Below are positions 51,940-64,000 of a stretch of DNA of 64,000 nucleotides, piece after piece (positions within the stretch are counted from its first letter, which is position 1; each line of letters opens with the position of its first letter). Made by a program: the position numbers and the translations under genes. The stretch comes from the human T2T-CHM13v2.0 reference genome, Homo sapiens: the NCBI RefSeq assembly GCF_009914755.1, contig NC_060927.1; one strand, given 5' to 3'. The notes under the pieces were generated by a model. The model searched no databases. It was given only the letters and a program-made list of their open reading frames with translations, and had not been told where the DNA came from.

Positions 51940-52320
51940 TGTATTAGTTTCCAGTGGCTTCTGTAATAAATTACCATAAACTTAGTGGCTTTAAACAAAA
52001 TCAGTGTGATTTTCTCCCAGTTCTGGAGGCCAGAAGTCCAGAATCCAGGTGTGAGCACGGCCACATTCCCTCCAGAGGCTCTCGGGGAGGATCCTGCCTT
52101 GTCTCTTCCAGCTTCTGGTGACTCCAGCATTCCTTGGAGGTTTTGCCTCCATCTTCACATCGCTGGCTCCTTCTTTGCGTCTGTCTAATCTCCCCCCGCC
52201 TTACTCTTCAAAGGCTACCAGTGATGGCTTTTAGACCCTTTCCCCAAATAAGATACCATTCACAGCTTTCAGGGATTAAGAGGTGGTCGTGTCTGTGTGG
52301 ATCCCATTCAGCCCACGCCA
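51940..52320 (-). mobile_element. MLT1B/C MaLR LTR
   Basis: 'tgtattagtttcc...aaattaccataaacttagtggc...cagttctggaggccagaagtcc'. Confidence 0.85.
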
Positions 52321-53328
52321 CCTTCTTGGGACCTGGAAGAAAAGAAAAGTTTTGTGTTTTCTCCTCCTCCAGGAGCACCTCTTTAGATCTGGGTCTTTCC
52401 CCTTCATTCTGTAGCTTCTTTCCTTCAGTATCTTCCGGGCAGTGCCCCTGCAAATATTAGAAACTGAGGCACACACAAAAAGGTGGTTATTTACCAACGC
52501 AGGTGTGTTGTCCTCTTTAGTTGGGCAAAGTTAATGAACTCAGTACTGCATTGTTTCCAATTCAGGCCAGACAACACTTCCAGAAGCTCCCTGATCTTGT
52601 GTCAGAAATTCCTACATGGTCCTCATCTCGGAGAAACTACCCAAATTAATCTTTCTTCTTTCTGGCACTCTGCTCTGGACAAAAATACGAGAGAAGCATC
52701 TCCAACTAACTTATTTCCCTCTGGCTTCTTCATTCTAGACTCTATTTCACTGAAAAGTGTTTCAGTGTTTTCTCGTCAGTTTCTGAACTGTGTGACCGTC
52801 ATCCTGCATGGACCCTCATATTCCAGCTTCCTGTTTCCTCCCTCCTGCGTCTCCATCCCCAGCTCCCAGTAGCAGGAAGCATTCACCACATTTTCACTTC
52901 TTGTTCTTTTCCTAGGCTGTCATTAATAAAAGTGTGAAACACAAGCTTTGGGCTACTCAGTGATATTTTCTTGGCCCAGGAAGAACAGGGTGATTACTTC
53001 GGTTTCTCACGCAGGATTTGAGAGAAGGGGTTTCCACTCTGAAACCTCAGTGGCAAAATGACCGGCAGGTTCATCTCTCTGCTGTCTCTGCCCAGAAAAA
53101 GTAGCCAGAACCACGAGGGTCACCTCTCCCTATATGGGGTCAATTCTATAAGAAATGAGATTTGCAGGCCCTCACACAATGTGGCTCCTAATCTGAGGCA
53201 GGGTTCCTCTGGGCTCCCTTTACCACTTGGTAGATGTTCCCATTGGCTGTGACCTGGAGGCCAGGCCTTTTGATTCTCAATCTATCCACATGACTTATAT
53301 AGACACAGCTCCTGTAAACACCACTGAA

Positions 53329-53640
53329 GGCTGAGTGTGGTGGCTCACACCTGTAATCCCAGCACTCTGGGAGGCTGAGGCAGGCAGATCATTTGAGCTC
53401 AGGAGTTCAAGACCAGCCTGGGCAACATGGTGAAACCTCATCCCTACTGAAAATACAAAAATTAGCCAGGCGTGCTGGTGCACACCTGTAGTCCCAGCTA
53501 CTTGGGAAGCTGAGGTGAGAGACTCACTTGAGCCCAGAGAGGTTGAGGCCCAAAGAGCTGTAATCATGCCACTGCACGTCAGCCTAAGTAACAGAGCAAG
53601 AGCCTGTCTCAAAAATAAATAAATTAATTAATTAATTAAA
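53329..53640 (+). mobile_element. AluJ
   Basis: 'tgagctcaggagttcaagaccagcctgggcaaca'; TSD aaacacc(ac/gt)tgaa. Confidence 0.93.
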
Positions 53641-53749
53641 TTATTTTTTTAAAACACCGTTGAATAATAGCTTCCATTTGCAGGCATTTTCACATATATT
53701 TTTATTTGATCCTGGAAACAAACCAGTGAAGCAGTTGGCTGGATCTCAC

Positions 53750-54585
53750 TGATACAAGAGCGGGGCGGTCAGGGAAGAGAAAGGCGGGTCCCTGGCTAGG
53801 GCTCCACCCTTGGGCCTGTGCCCGTGGACCTAGGTGAAGACAGGTACTCCTGCTTTCGTGCCCAAATGTTGCATTTTCCAAGACCACCCTGGCCCGCTAC
53901 ATCCCCATCATGTGCCTATAAAAACCCTGAGACCCCAGCGGGCAGACACACAAGCAGCTGGATGTGGAGAGAAACAAACGCAGCGGCAGAAGAAGGCACA
54001 AGTGGCTGGACGTCAAGAGGGGCGCGGCTGCGTAAGAGCACACAGACAGACACACACAGATGCAGGCAGGCCGGCAGGCCATCCACCGGCAGAATGAGCC
54101 AGAATTTGGACGGTGCGGTCAGAGAAGACCCCAGGCCGCTGAGCAGCGTGACTCCAGGGGAAAAACCACCTTTTTACTCCATCTCCTTTCTGGCTCCCGC
54201 ATCTGCTGAGAGCTACTTCCACTCAGTAAAACCTTGCAGTCATTCTCCAAGCCCACGTGTGAGCCGATTCTTCCCATACACCAGGGCAAGAAAGCCTGGG
54301 ATACAGAAAGCCTTCTGTCCTTGTGATAAGGCAGGGGGTCTAATTGAGTTGATAAACATAAGCGGCCTACGGACGGCTATGCTAAAAGAGCACCCTGTAA
54401 CACATGCCCACTGGGGCCTCAGGAGCTGTGAGCATTGAGCCCCAGACCCTGCCGTGGGATCGGAGCCCCACAACTTGCCCGACTGTCTTCTTCCCCTAGG
54501 GGTTTTGAGCAGCGGGGCACCAAAGAAGCAACCGCACCCCCATCACATGCCCTGCGAGGGGGATAAGGGAACTCTTCCCATTTCA
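53750..54585 (+). mobile_element. LTR1-family ERV1 solo LTR inserted in a MIR
   Basis: 'tgata...tttca'; TSD tcac/ttac; TATA 'cctataaaaa' (~53915); GC-box 'ggggcgg' near the 5' end; CpG-rich. Confidence 0.85.
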
Positions 54586-54865
54586 TTACTAACCTCATTT
54601 TACAGATTAAGAAACTGTGGTTATATGATTTGTACCACAAATCACAAGTCACCAGCCTGTGTGTGGCAGAGCTGAGGCCCCAGTGCAGGAATTCCGGTTA
54701 CACAGGCAGCTTGCTTTCTGCTCCTGGACTTGTCTTCTTGTTCCCTTTTTTTCTTTCTCTTTTCATTTTCTCTTTGCCCCCCAGACTCAGTTTCCTACCA
54801 TGCAATCTTCCTCTCTATTCTAATTCTTTCTGCTATCATCCTATACTGGCTTCATTACTTACTAA

Positions 54866-55212
<347 letters not shown>

Positions 55213-55325
55213 TCTTGGGCACATTTCTTAACTTCACTGAGCTTCAGTCTCCTCATCTTAAAACAGGAATAATGCTGGCTTCTTCATAGGGTTGTGGTGG
55301 AGGTTTAATAAGATTATATACAGAA

Positions 55326-55694
<369 letters not shown>

Positions 55695-55839
55695 TTAATA
55701 GTCTCTGGCACTTGGTTAACAGTGCGCAGAAATTTTCTTCCTCCAGTTTTTTAATAGCATGGACTCGTGGCTACGACTATGCTTTTGCCCTTCATTCACC
55801 TGTGTCGTCCTTATCATAGAACTGTTGGATTTGATTTAT

Positions 55840-56120
55840 CAGGAGACCCTGGTTGTGCCTCTGTGACTATGAGCCGTGGCCAAATCAGAGAAGCCTGATA
55901 GATGTGGTCGGAGTGATTAATAGCAACCTGTCTCCAGAGATAAAAGAGTGGCGAGTGAGACGCATTGCCCTGACTCCACTTCTAATTCTGTGTTGTTATA
56001 TGCGGCTGTTTGGCCAAGCGGAGGCACCACACCCACAGCACCGTATCTGGCTGCAAGCCCTGGATTTCCTGGGTCACCAAGATAAGATTCTTTCAGTGGA
56101 AAAGAAAATGATCTCGGGCA
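55840..56120 (+). mobile_element. Probable ancient CR1/L3 ORF2 C-terminal relic
   Basis: 'GVINSNLSPEIKE' and 'PHPQHRIWLQALDFLGHQDKILSVEKK' keep the spacing of CR1 'GCINRSIASRSRE' and '[27 protein letters not shown]' (from memory). Confidence 0.45.
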
Positions 56121-57021
56121 GTGGTATTTACCCAGAGCAGGGTGTGAGCACAGGGTGCATGTGCAGCTGCACTTCCATCCCTGACTGATTTCATCACTGG
56201 ACAAAGTGTAAGCTGGAGAAGGCACAGGAAAGGCGTGTTGGTGCAGGTTTCACCCCTGTTCCTGCAATGCCATTATCTGGTGCTCTCCCAGTGAGAAATT
56301 CATCAGTAGGACAGGATGCCCAGGAATGTGAGAGCTGAGTCCAGGGAAGTGGTGTCTGTTTTTAGACACTGTAGTTGCTAAGCTTCACCGTCTTCTGCAA
56401 ATAAAACAGCATTACTTTGCAAAGCCAGGTACTTTCCTACTTCTGTTCCGCAGATATCTAAATGCCCTAGCATAAGAAGGATTAAACAGAAAAAAATCTC
56501 CGGATATATCATTGTGACTTACTAATGTTAGGATTTTCTTCCCCCAGCAACATGTCTTCAACATTGTCAGAGCATTTACTGATTGCAGTCAAGGGAAAAA
56601 GCAATGGTGACTATATCTTCTTTCTCAAGCCAGTTCCTAAATTCTTAAACAGAGCTTCTGGGACTGTCATCTGTCAGGAAAGGGGAAATTGAGGTCCTGG
56701 TCTGCTGGGCCGCTGGCCCTGATCTGAGCCTAGCAGTGGAATTGGAGAAAACACCACAGTTCCTATTTGAAATTATACAGTTGGATGATGTTTCTCTTGG
56801 CTTCAACTATAAAAGCTGGTGCCCAGAGCCAATTTTTGGCAAAACTGAGAAGTATGAAGGTTTTTTCCTTCGAACATTCCCAGCATCCTTCTTTAGCACT
56901 TTTTATCTTGATCCTCCTCCAACTTCCCCAAGACTTGTTTCTTCCTTTACCTCATCCACATGTGAACAGCAAAGGCTCAGAAACATATTGTCTCTATCTG
57001 TAAGTGGTTGATAAAATCTAG

Positions 57022-57522
<501 letters not shown>

Positions 57523-57586
57523 CTTTAAACCAATCCTAAGGGGAAAAAATGGGAATGAGGAAAGGTCCCTCTGTGGTTTAGGGAAA

Positions 57587-57615
57587 TGTGTGTGTGTGTG
57601 TGTGTGTGTGGTGTG
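57587..57615. repeat. (TG)n
   Basis: Direct reading. Confidence 0.9.
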
Positions 57616-59869
57616 ACTTTTTATCCTAGTGACTAGTTATATCCTTGTTCTGTCTCTAGATCACACGGTATAATTGGTTTGCTTGATCAAAATTTTAAAT
57701 TAATTGCTTAGGTTTCAGTTCTCATTGCTGTGATAAATACAAATGATCACTTTTTAGAAATGTGTTTTCCCTTGAAGAGAGACAAATCAAGAGATCTCAG
57801 ACTTTAAAAGTTTCTTACAAACCTTGTTTTCCTACTCTGTGTTTGGGGGCAGAGGTGAGTAGAGAGGGGTCCCTGGCTAAGGGTGAAAGGAGATGGCCCA
57901 GTTGATGACTGAGCTTATGGACCGCTGCCATTCAATGCATCTAGTGAACTGCCAGAAGAAATAATTTGCCTGAGACACTGAAGAGCCTTCAGATGGAACT
58001 CATTTTGGAAAGCAGAAAGAATCCAGCCCACAAACCTGATCTAGGACCAAAGCCACAGTCCTCAGTGACACAGATTGGTCCTCATCCCAGCCGGACTGAC
58101 TCAATTATGCTGTCACAGGGAGAGAAAAGCCTGTGAGCCAATACAAAAAGTTTATTTTCATGATGATTCTGGCTTTAGTGCCCTTTTAACAGGATGTAAT
58201 GCATAAAAGAAGGAGGTCAACCTTAGACAGAGCCTCCCCATCTCCACGGCCGTAGCAGGGATACTCACTGCAGAGGGTGGCAGCAGACGTGCCCAGCAAA
58301 AGCAGTAGCAATGCCTGTTGGATTTAGGAGCATAGACTCCACCCTGCATGGAGTCGAGAGGGTGACAAAGGCCGGGAGATGGTGCTGTGTGGGGAGCTGG
58401 CCAATTTCATTCATGATCATAGGTGAGAAATTCTCTGGAGCCTTCCAGGAAGATTCGGGAAGAGGTGGCAGTGAAGGGGGATTTCGCAGGGACAGAGACC
58501 CCCCTATTCGCTATTAGGAATTAAAGCCTAGGGCTATTAAGCCAATGTATTCAAAATCCCAGGTGATGTATAAAACCAGAACATAGGCTGAAATCAGTGG
58601 TTTGAAGTCTACATATATGCTTCAGTCAGAGCAGCTCCGTTCTTTCTTATGGGACTTCCATGTATGATTCATTTGCGGAAAGCATTCCTAGGCTAAATAC
58701 CCTGAGCAGGATGCTCTCAAATGGTCCGTCCACCACTAGGACTCTATGACTCTCTTCCTCTATAAGTAAGGAAGCAGTGGGCTTGTCAGAGCCAGGGAAC
58801 CAGGCCAGGAGAGATTGTAGTTAAAGAGGGGATTCCCAGGGTCTGTGTTGAAAGAAGCATTTTGTGGTCAAAGAGGAGATTCCAGAAGTCTGAGCCTTTC
58901 ATAGCTCAACAGCTCTAAGTGCCAGTGAAGTCCAATCCCCAGTAGACACAGAAGCACCCAGGACCATTGTGGCACCATTTCAGACAGGGAGAGAATCTTC
59001 AGGACAGGGGCCCAAATCCCTGGAAACAATGGTGATGGGCAAGGCCCCAGACCTTGCAGGCTATTTTAAGCCAGGAATTAAGAAGCTATGGCTCATACTC
59101 CTAGCTTTGCAGTATTCAAATTCAGGCCCCATCACCAGCTGGCTTCAGCAGCTCTGAATGTCCCCAGGGAGAGAGGCCATTTCTAAATTAACCAGGACCC
59201 AGATCAGAGACCTCATTCTACTGTGATTGAAATGTTCCAACTAATGAGATTTTTCATAAATTAGTTATTCATCATGGAAGAGGTATTATAGATAAATACC
59301 ATACCTTATTGCTATTCCAATCTGTCTACCAACCATCTCTTTTAAGAAGAAAAATAGAAGAATTAATGTGGTTCTGAACAGTGATCTGCTTAATGATTTC
59401 AAGGTTTTTATCTGGAGAGGATTTCAATAAACTACTTTAAAAGAAGTGGAATGCAAAAAAAATGTGTGAAGGGATTGTATAATTGCTGAAAGGTTGGTTC
59501 TCTAGGGCTAGAAATCAACAAAAAGGGTGAATGTTATGGAGAGATTTTTAAGTACTTATTCAGGAGAAACTAAATAGAAAATCAATCAGGAAAATAAAAA
59601 ATTCATAAATCCAATTGCTTCTAATTGGCTCAGAACATAGTACAGAATTCAAAATGTTTGGCTGTGAACAGCTCAGTCTCTTGAAATTATGACGCTTATC
59701 ATAGGAGAGTACATTTGGGTTACATTTTTTTTTTAATCAAAGAAAACTCATCAAGGCCAGAGCAATCCTACAAATGGATTGCTCAAGCTGAAAAACTCTT
59801 CATCTTGACTATTTATGGAGAAATTTCTACTAAAGATTTACTCAAACCAGGGGAGAACATATTTTCATT

Positions 59870-60230
59870 TCAAGTCTTTAAACATTGATTAAGCCCCTAT
59901 CATGTACATAGCACTAGGCTGGGCCCTGTGGAAGGCACACAAACTAATGAGCTATGATTCCTGAGATTTCACAATTTAGAAGGGAAAATGAATGGGCAAG
60001 TGCCTAATTAGCCTTAGGTAGGACGAGAACAAATGCAATCAGCCTTAATAATAGACATATCACCATATAACATGAGAAGAGAGAGGGGGCACAGACTATT
60101 TCTGACTAAGGGGATCTGAGACGTTTTCTTGGAGGAGGTAAAATCTATTTCAAGGGGTAAGAAGATATTCCACATGGAGAAAAGACTTTGAGCAAATGTT
60201 CAGTGGAAACGTGAACTAGGCTTAGGGAAT
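59870..60230 (-). mobile_element. L2 fragment
   Basis: 'aacattgattaagcccctatcatgtacatagcactaggctgggccctg', 'ttcttggaggagg'. Confidence 0.7.
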
Positions 60231-60671
60231 TCAGAATATTTTATAATAACTTAAAATAGTTGGTACAAGGTGAAATCCTGAAGAATGTGACATTTATATT
60301 TAGCACTGTAATCTCTGCCTCTCCATCTCCAACTTTTGTGGGCATTTATAATTTGTGTACTGCGTTTATTTCTCTTGTTGGGATGAAAATATCCCAGTAA
60401 ACATATACACCCTTAAGTGTTACTGACTCAATAGGTCACCCCTCCCAAGTAGTATTTGCTTTTTACAATCAAAAAGGTTTTTGAATGTATTAGTTTAAGG
60501 TAAAGAAGATTCAAGATATAAAAGTATTCATAATTTAAACAGTAAGGACAGCTTGAAGAAGCTGCTGGTCCCGTTTTCTTTATTGTAAGCATTTTCAACA
60601 TTTCGAAGCTTGCCCAGTGTTTGTTTTGGTAATTACAACAGGGGCATGGGAAAAGAACCATGCTATTTTCT

Positions 60672-61237
60672 TCTTTTTTCTTTTTATTTTTAGTTTAAGT
60701 TCTGGTATACATGTGCAGAATGTGCAGGTTTGTTATATAGGTATACATGTGCCATGGTGGTTCGCTGCACCTATCAACCCGTCATCTAGGTTTTAAGCCC
60801 CACACACATTAGGTATTTGTCCTAATGCTCTCCCTCTCCTTGCCCCCAACCCCCAACAGGCCCTGGTGTGTGATGTTCGCCTCCCTGTGTCCATGTGTTC
60901 TCACTGTTCAACTCCCACTTATGAGTGAGAACATGCGGTGTTTGGTTTCTGTTCCTGTGTTAGCTTGCTGAGAATGATGGCTCCCAGCTTCATCCATGTC
61001 CCCACAAAGGACAGGAACTCATTCTTTGTTATGGCTGCATAGTATTCCATGGCATATATGTGCCACATTTTCTTTATCCAGTCTATCACTGATAGGCATT
61101 TGGGTTGGTTCCAAGTCTTTGCTATTGTAAATAGTGCTGCAATAAATATATGCGTGTATGAGTCTTTACAGTAGAATGATTTATAATCCTTTGGGTATAT
61201 ACCCAGTAATGGGATTGCTGGGTCAGACGGCATTCCT
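60672..61237 (-). mobile_element. 5'-truncated L1PA (PA7/8-like) 3' end
   Basis: Contains the ORF2 C-terminus 'DPAIPLLGIYPKDYKSF...WNQPKC...IILSKL'; 17-bp TSD gaac(c/t)atg(c/t)tattttct. Confidence 0.95.
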
Positions 61238-61359
61238 GAACTATGTTATTTTCTAAGACCTAACCTTTCTCTGGTGGAAGGGTTGCAGTCACCTGTGTAA
61301 AGATGATATTTTCAGGCAGGAAGGTTTGCCTAAGAAAACCTCTAGGAGTTACCTTAGTC

Positions 61360-61490
61360 TTGTGGAAAAAGCACACGTTTTAGAGACAGACAATCCTGGG
61401 TTCTAATTCCAGCTCTGCCTCTCAGAGTGTTGAGTCTCGGGCAAGTTGCTTTGCTTCTCAGAGACTAGACCTCCACGTGTGCAAACTGGA
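61360..61490 (+). mobile_element. MIR
   Basis: 'cctgggttctaattccagctctgcc...gggcaagtt'. Confidence 0.7.
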
Positions 61491-61759
61491 AGTGGTCACA
61501 GATGACCAAGCCCAGAGTGTGGCACAAAATCCTCTCACCTCACAGCAGGACGTGGCAGCTGATTTCATCTCTAAGCAAAGCCACCCCTAGCACAGAGGTA
61601 GTAGAAGAGATTTTCCAGAAGTGCTCAGGGCCACAGGCATCCCCCAGAGCAGTTGCAGGTTGAGGCCAGGAGCACTTTCTGCTGCTTGAGTGCAAAAGAG
61701 TTCCCATACTCTTCTCCCACTGCCCTTGCTGGCCCCCACACTCCCTCTTCCTAGCCTGT

Positions 61760-62090
61760 TTCTCCTAGCTGAACTGCTCATTTTTCAGATCTCCAGGGAT
61801 AATTATTTCTTCCAGGGGAACTTCTCTCATCCTGCAGAAATGGGTTCGGTCTTATCTCTTCTTACTCCCATGGCAACTTCTAATTTACTAACATTCAATG
61901 TCTGTGTTCCTAGCTAGATTGTAAGATTCACAAGAGTAAGTACCAACTCAATATGGTTTACTGCCTGGCCTGTGGTAGACAGCCTTAAATATCCTTGAGT
62001 GAATTAATAAAGGAAGACAGAAATGAAGAAAGACAGAGAGAGAAAGAGTAAAGGAGGGAAGGAGGGAAGAGGAAAGGAAGGAGGAAGGAC
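61760..62090 (+). mobile_element. L2 3' end followed by a polypurine (GGAA/GAGA) tract
   Basis: 'ctagattgtaagattc', 'gcctggcctgtggtagac'; purine run 62010-62090. Confidence 0.65.
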
Positions 62091-62739
62091 CGTGTTAAAA
62101 TTCATTCCGTCATAACCAAATAGACCATCCAGAGAACTGAAGGGTGGTGTGTTCAGAGTGATGTGGCAGCCGCCAAGGAACAATCAGAAGTCATTCCGAT
62201 TAGTATGCTATGATCTTTCTGAAAGAACAAAAAGGCAGCACCGGGGCCCACTCATTCTTATATATGTCAGCTTTGCTTTCAGCGCTCTTCTTGCTAAGGT
62301 TTAAATGCCAACATCATGACCCTGAGGCCCTAGGAACTCCATACAATAAAGTCCCACGAACTGACACTCTTCTACTGTTCAAGAGTGAGCCTCAAAATAT
62401 CGTTCACCTGCTTTGCAAATCGACCTTCTTTTACTAATTAGGGTAGATGAATATTTTAAAATAGTCTTTCAGGAAAATATAGCAGAGTATTCCATCAGAG
62501 AACATTCTGCTTCCGTTTGCAATTCAAAATATTTGATGGGATCTGGGAATACAGAATTTGGATTGTTCTTTTCATTCTTATCTTGACTTCAGATAAGAAG
62601 TTCTCGCAAGGGGGAGAGTGAGGTTAGAGAAAGGTGAGGATGAGGTGATAGGAGATTAGCAATGGGATTTAGCATTCAATTCAATGCAAGGAACATCTAT
62701 TAAGTGCTTACTGGGTTGAGTGGATTAAAATAATTCCAA

Positions 62740-63030
62740 GTGTCAGGCACAGTGTTAATAATAAAAATGTTTTACCCAATTATGGTGCCAGGTAATAAAT
62801 GATCTCATTTAATCCTATCAGCTCTGTAGTTGGTATGGCACTACTGTTATCCCAACTTCCAGATGAGAAACCAGACACAGAGATTAATTTCAAAAGTGCA
62901 GAAAAAGCCCACAAAACTCCAGAACAACCTAACAAACAAAAAACACCATTTCCAGGGACTCTTACTTATTAAATGGTGAGGCTGAGAATCCAATGTGGGC
63001 ATCCGATCCAGCCTGTGTCCTTGGCCACTG
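62740..63030 (-). mobile_element. MIR with A/C-rich interruption
   Basis: 'atctcatttaatcct', 'cagatgagaaaccagacacagaga'. Confidence 0.7.
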
Positions 63031-63854
63031 CGGGGAGCGGCAGGGCAGATGGAAGGGGAGGGCAAAGGAATATGGATGTGAAAGGAAAGACAGACAGAGA
63101 AGGGAGAAGGAGTGAGCAAGGCTAGAGAGAAACACGTTGTCTAGTGCTGCAGTCTGATGGTTTAGCACCCTTTAAAACTTTGTTCTTTAAATATTTATCC
63201 AACATTTGTTTAAATGAGAGGCTGAACTCTGCCTGGGAAAAGGGCAGAAGACAAGCTGCGCTCATTTGTGCCACTGTTCTAATTTAGCTCCGACCTCAAA
63301 CATCATGGCCAACTCAGCAAAACAGAAGGTCTATGGGAAATAGGATCTACCACCTCTAAGTTGGCCCTCTTAACCTACCTCGCGCCTCACTCCAGCCACC
63401 ATCTATTGTTCCTCCAGCATACCCCTTGAGGGTCTCATCCCCTCACCCATCCCCAAGTGTCTTAAGCTTTCCAAAAACATGCAGTAATCTCTGAGAGGAG
63501 ATATTTCTCTACTAACAATTTGATGCCAGGTTACATTTGGTGTTTCTCAGAGAAGCTGCTCCAATGGAATGGCTCCAAGCCTGCTCTTGACCTACTTCTG
63601 AGATGAGGACGGGGAATTGCAGAGGGTCAAGTTCAAAATCACACAGGGCATTGGTAGCCATTGAAGGATTTAAATGGAAGTGATCTGGAGACAGTTCACA
63701 GAATCCTGCATGGGGCATGACTGGTAGGTCTGGAGACCTGAGGGCAAGAGAAATGGAAAGAACAATATTAGTATCTCCCAATCTCAAGTCTGCATAGTGC
63801 CTGACTCCTTTTTTAAAATAGTAATCATTTTTGTCATTGTGGTCACCACCATCA

Positions 63855-63971
63855 TCATAATTTTCAGGGCTCAGTACAAAATGAAAATGCAGGCCCCCTA
63901 AGAATTTCAAGCCAGCGACAGTAAGTGGGGGCATTGCTCAGCCCAGGTCACATGCCCATGAAGCCAGTCCT
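63855..63971 (-). mobile_element. MER45A fragment
   Basis: 'cagtacaaaatgaaaatgcaggcccc', 'aagaatttcaag', 'caggtcacatgcccatgaagccagtcct'. Confidence 0.8.
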
Positions 63972-64000
63972 TCTAGGAGTCATATTTTCTCTGTCCTAGA

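Noticed and set aside
53818-54438. 206-aa ORF and CpG-island-like composition
   Set aside because: Entirely within an LTR1 element; not a host gene
60919-61233. ORF with real L1 ORF2 similarity
   Set aside because: Only the C-terminal remnant of a 5'-truncated L1; not functional

Overview
Primate (human-like) genomic DNA, judged from AluJ/S/Y, L1PA, MIR, L2, MaLR/ERVL/ERV1 LTRs and hAT MITEs. I find no credible protein-coding exon, RNA gene or CRISPR array. The ORF track is mostly Alu, LTR and microsatellite noise, apart from decayed ERVL gag/pol (10.7-14.2 kb) and a probable ancient CR1/L3 ORF2 relic (~55.9 kb). The window looks intergenic or deep-intronic, with nested transposable elements (TEs) and repeat-poor stretches that may be enhancers. 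The most unusual signals are several locally templated copies that TE biology does not explain: 58, 210 and 30 bp direct doublets and a ~150 bp inverted duplication. Also notable are a higher-order 32-bp VNTR that amplifies an LTR poly(A) signal and an apparent L1-mobilised retrocopy of an LTR 3' end. Repeat family names come from remembered consensus sequences and were not checked against a database. Many boundaries are approximate. I cannot identify the locus, and I see no evidence for a new multi-gene system.
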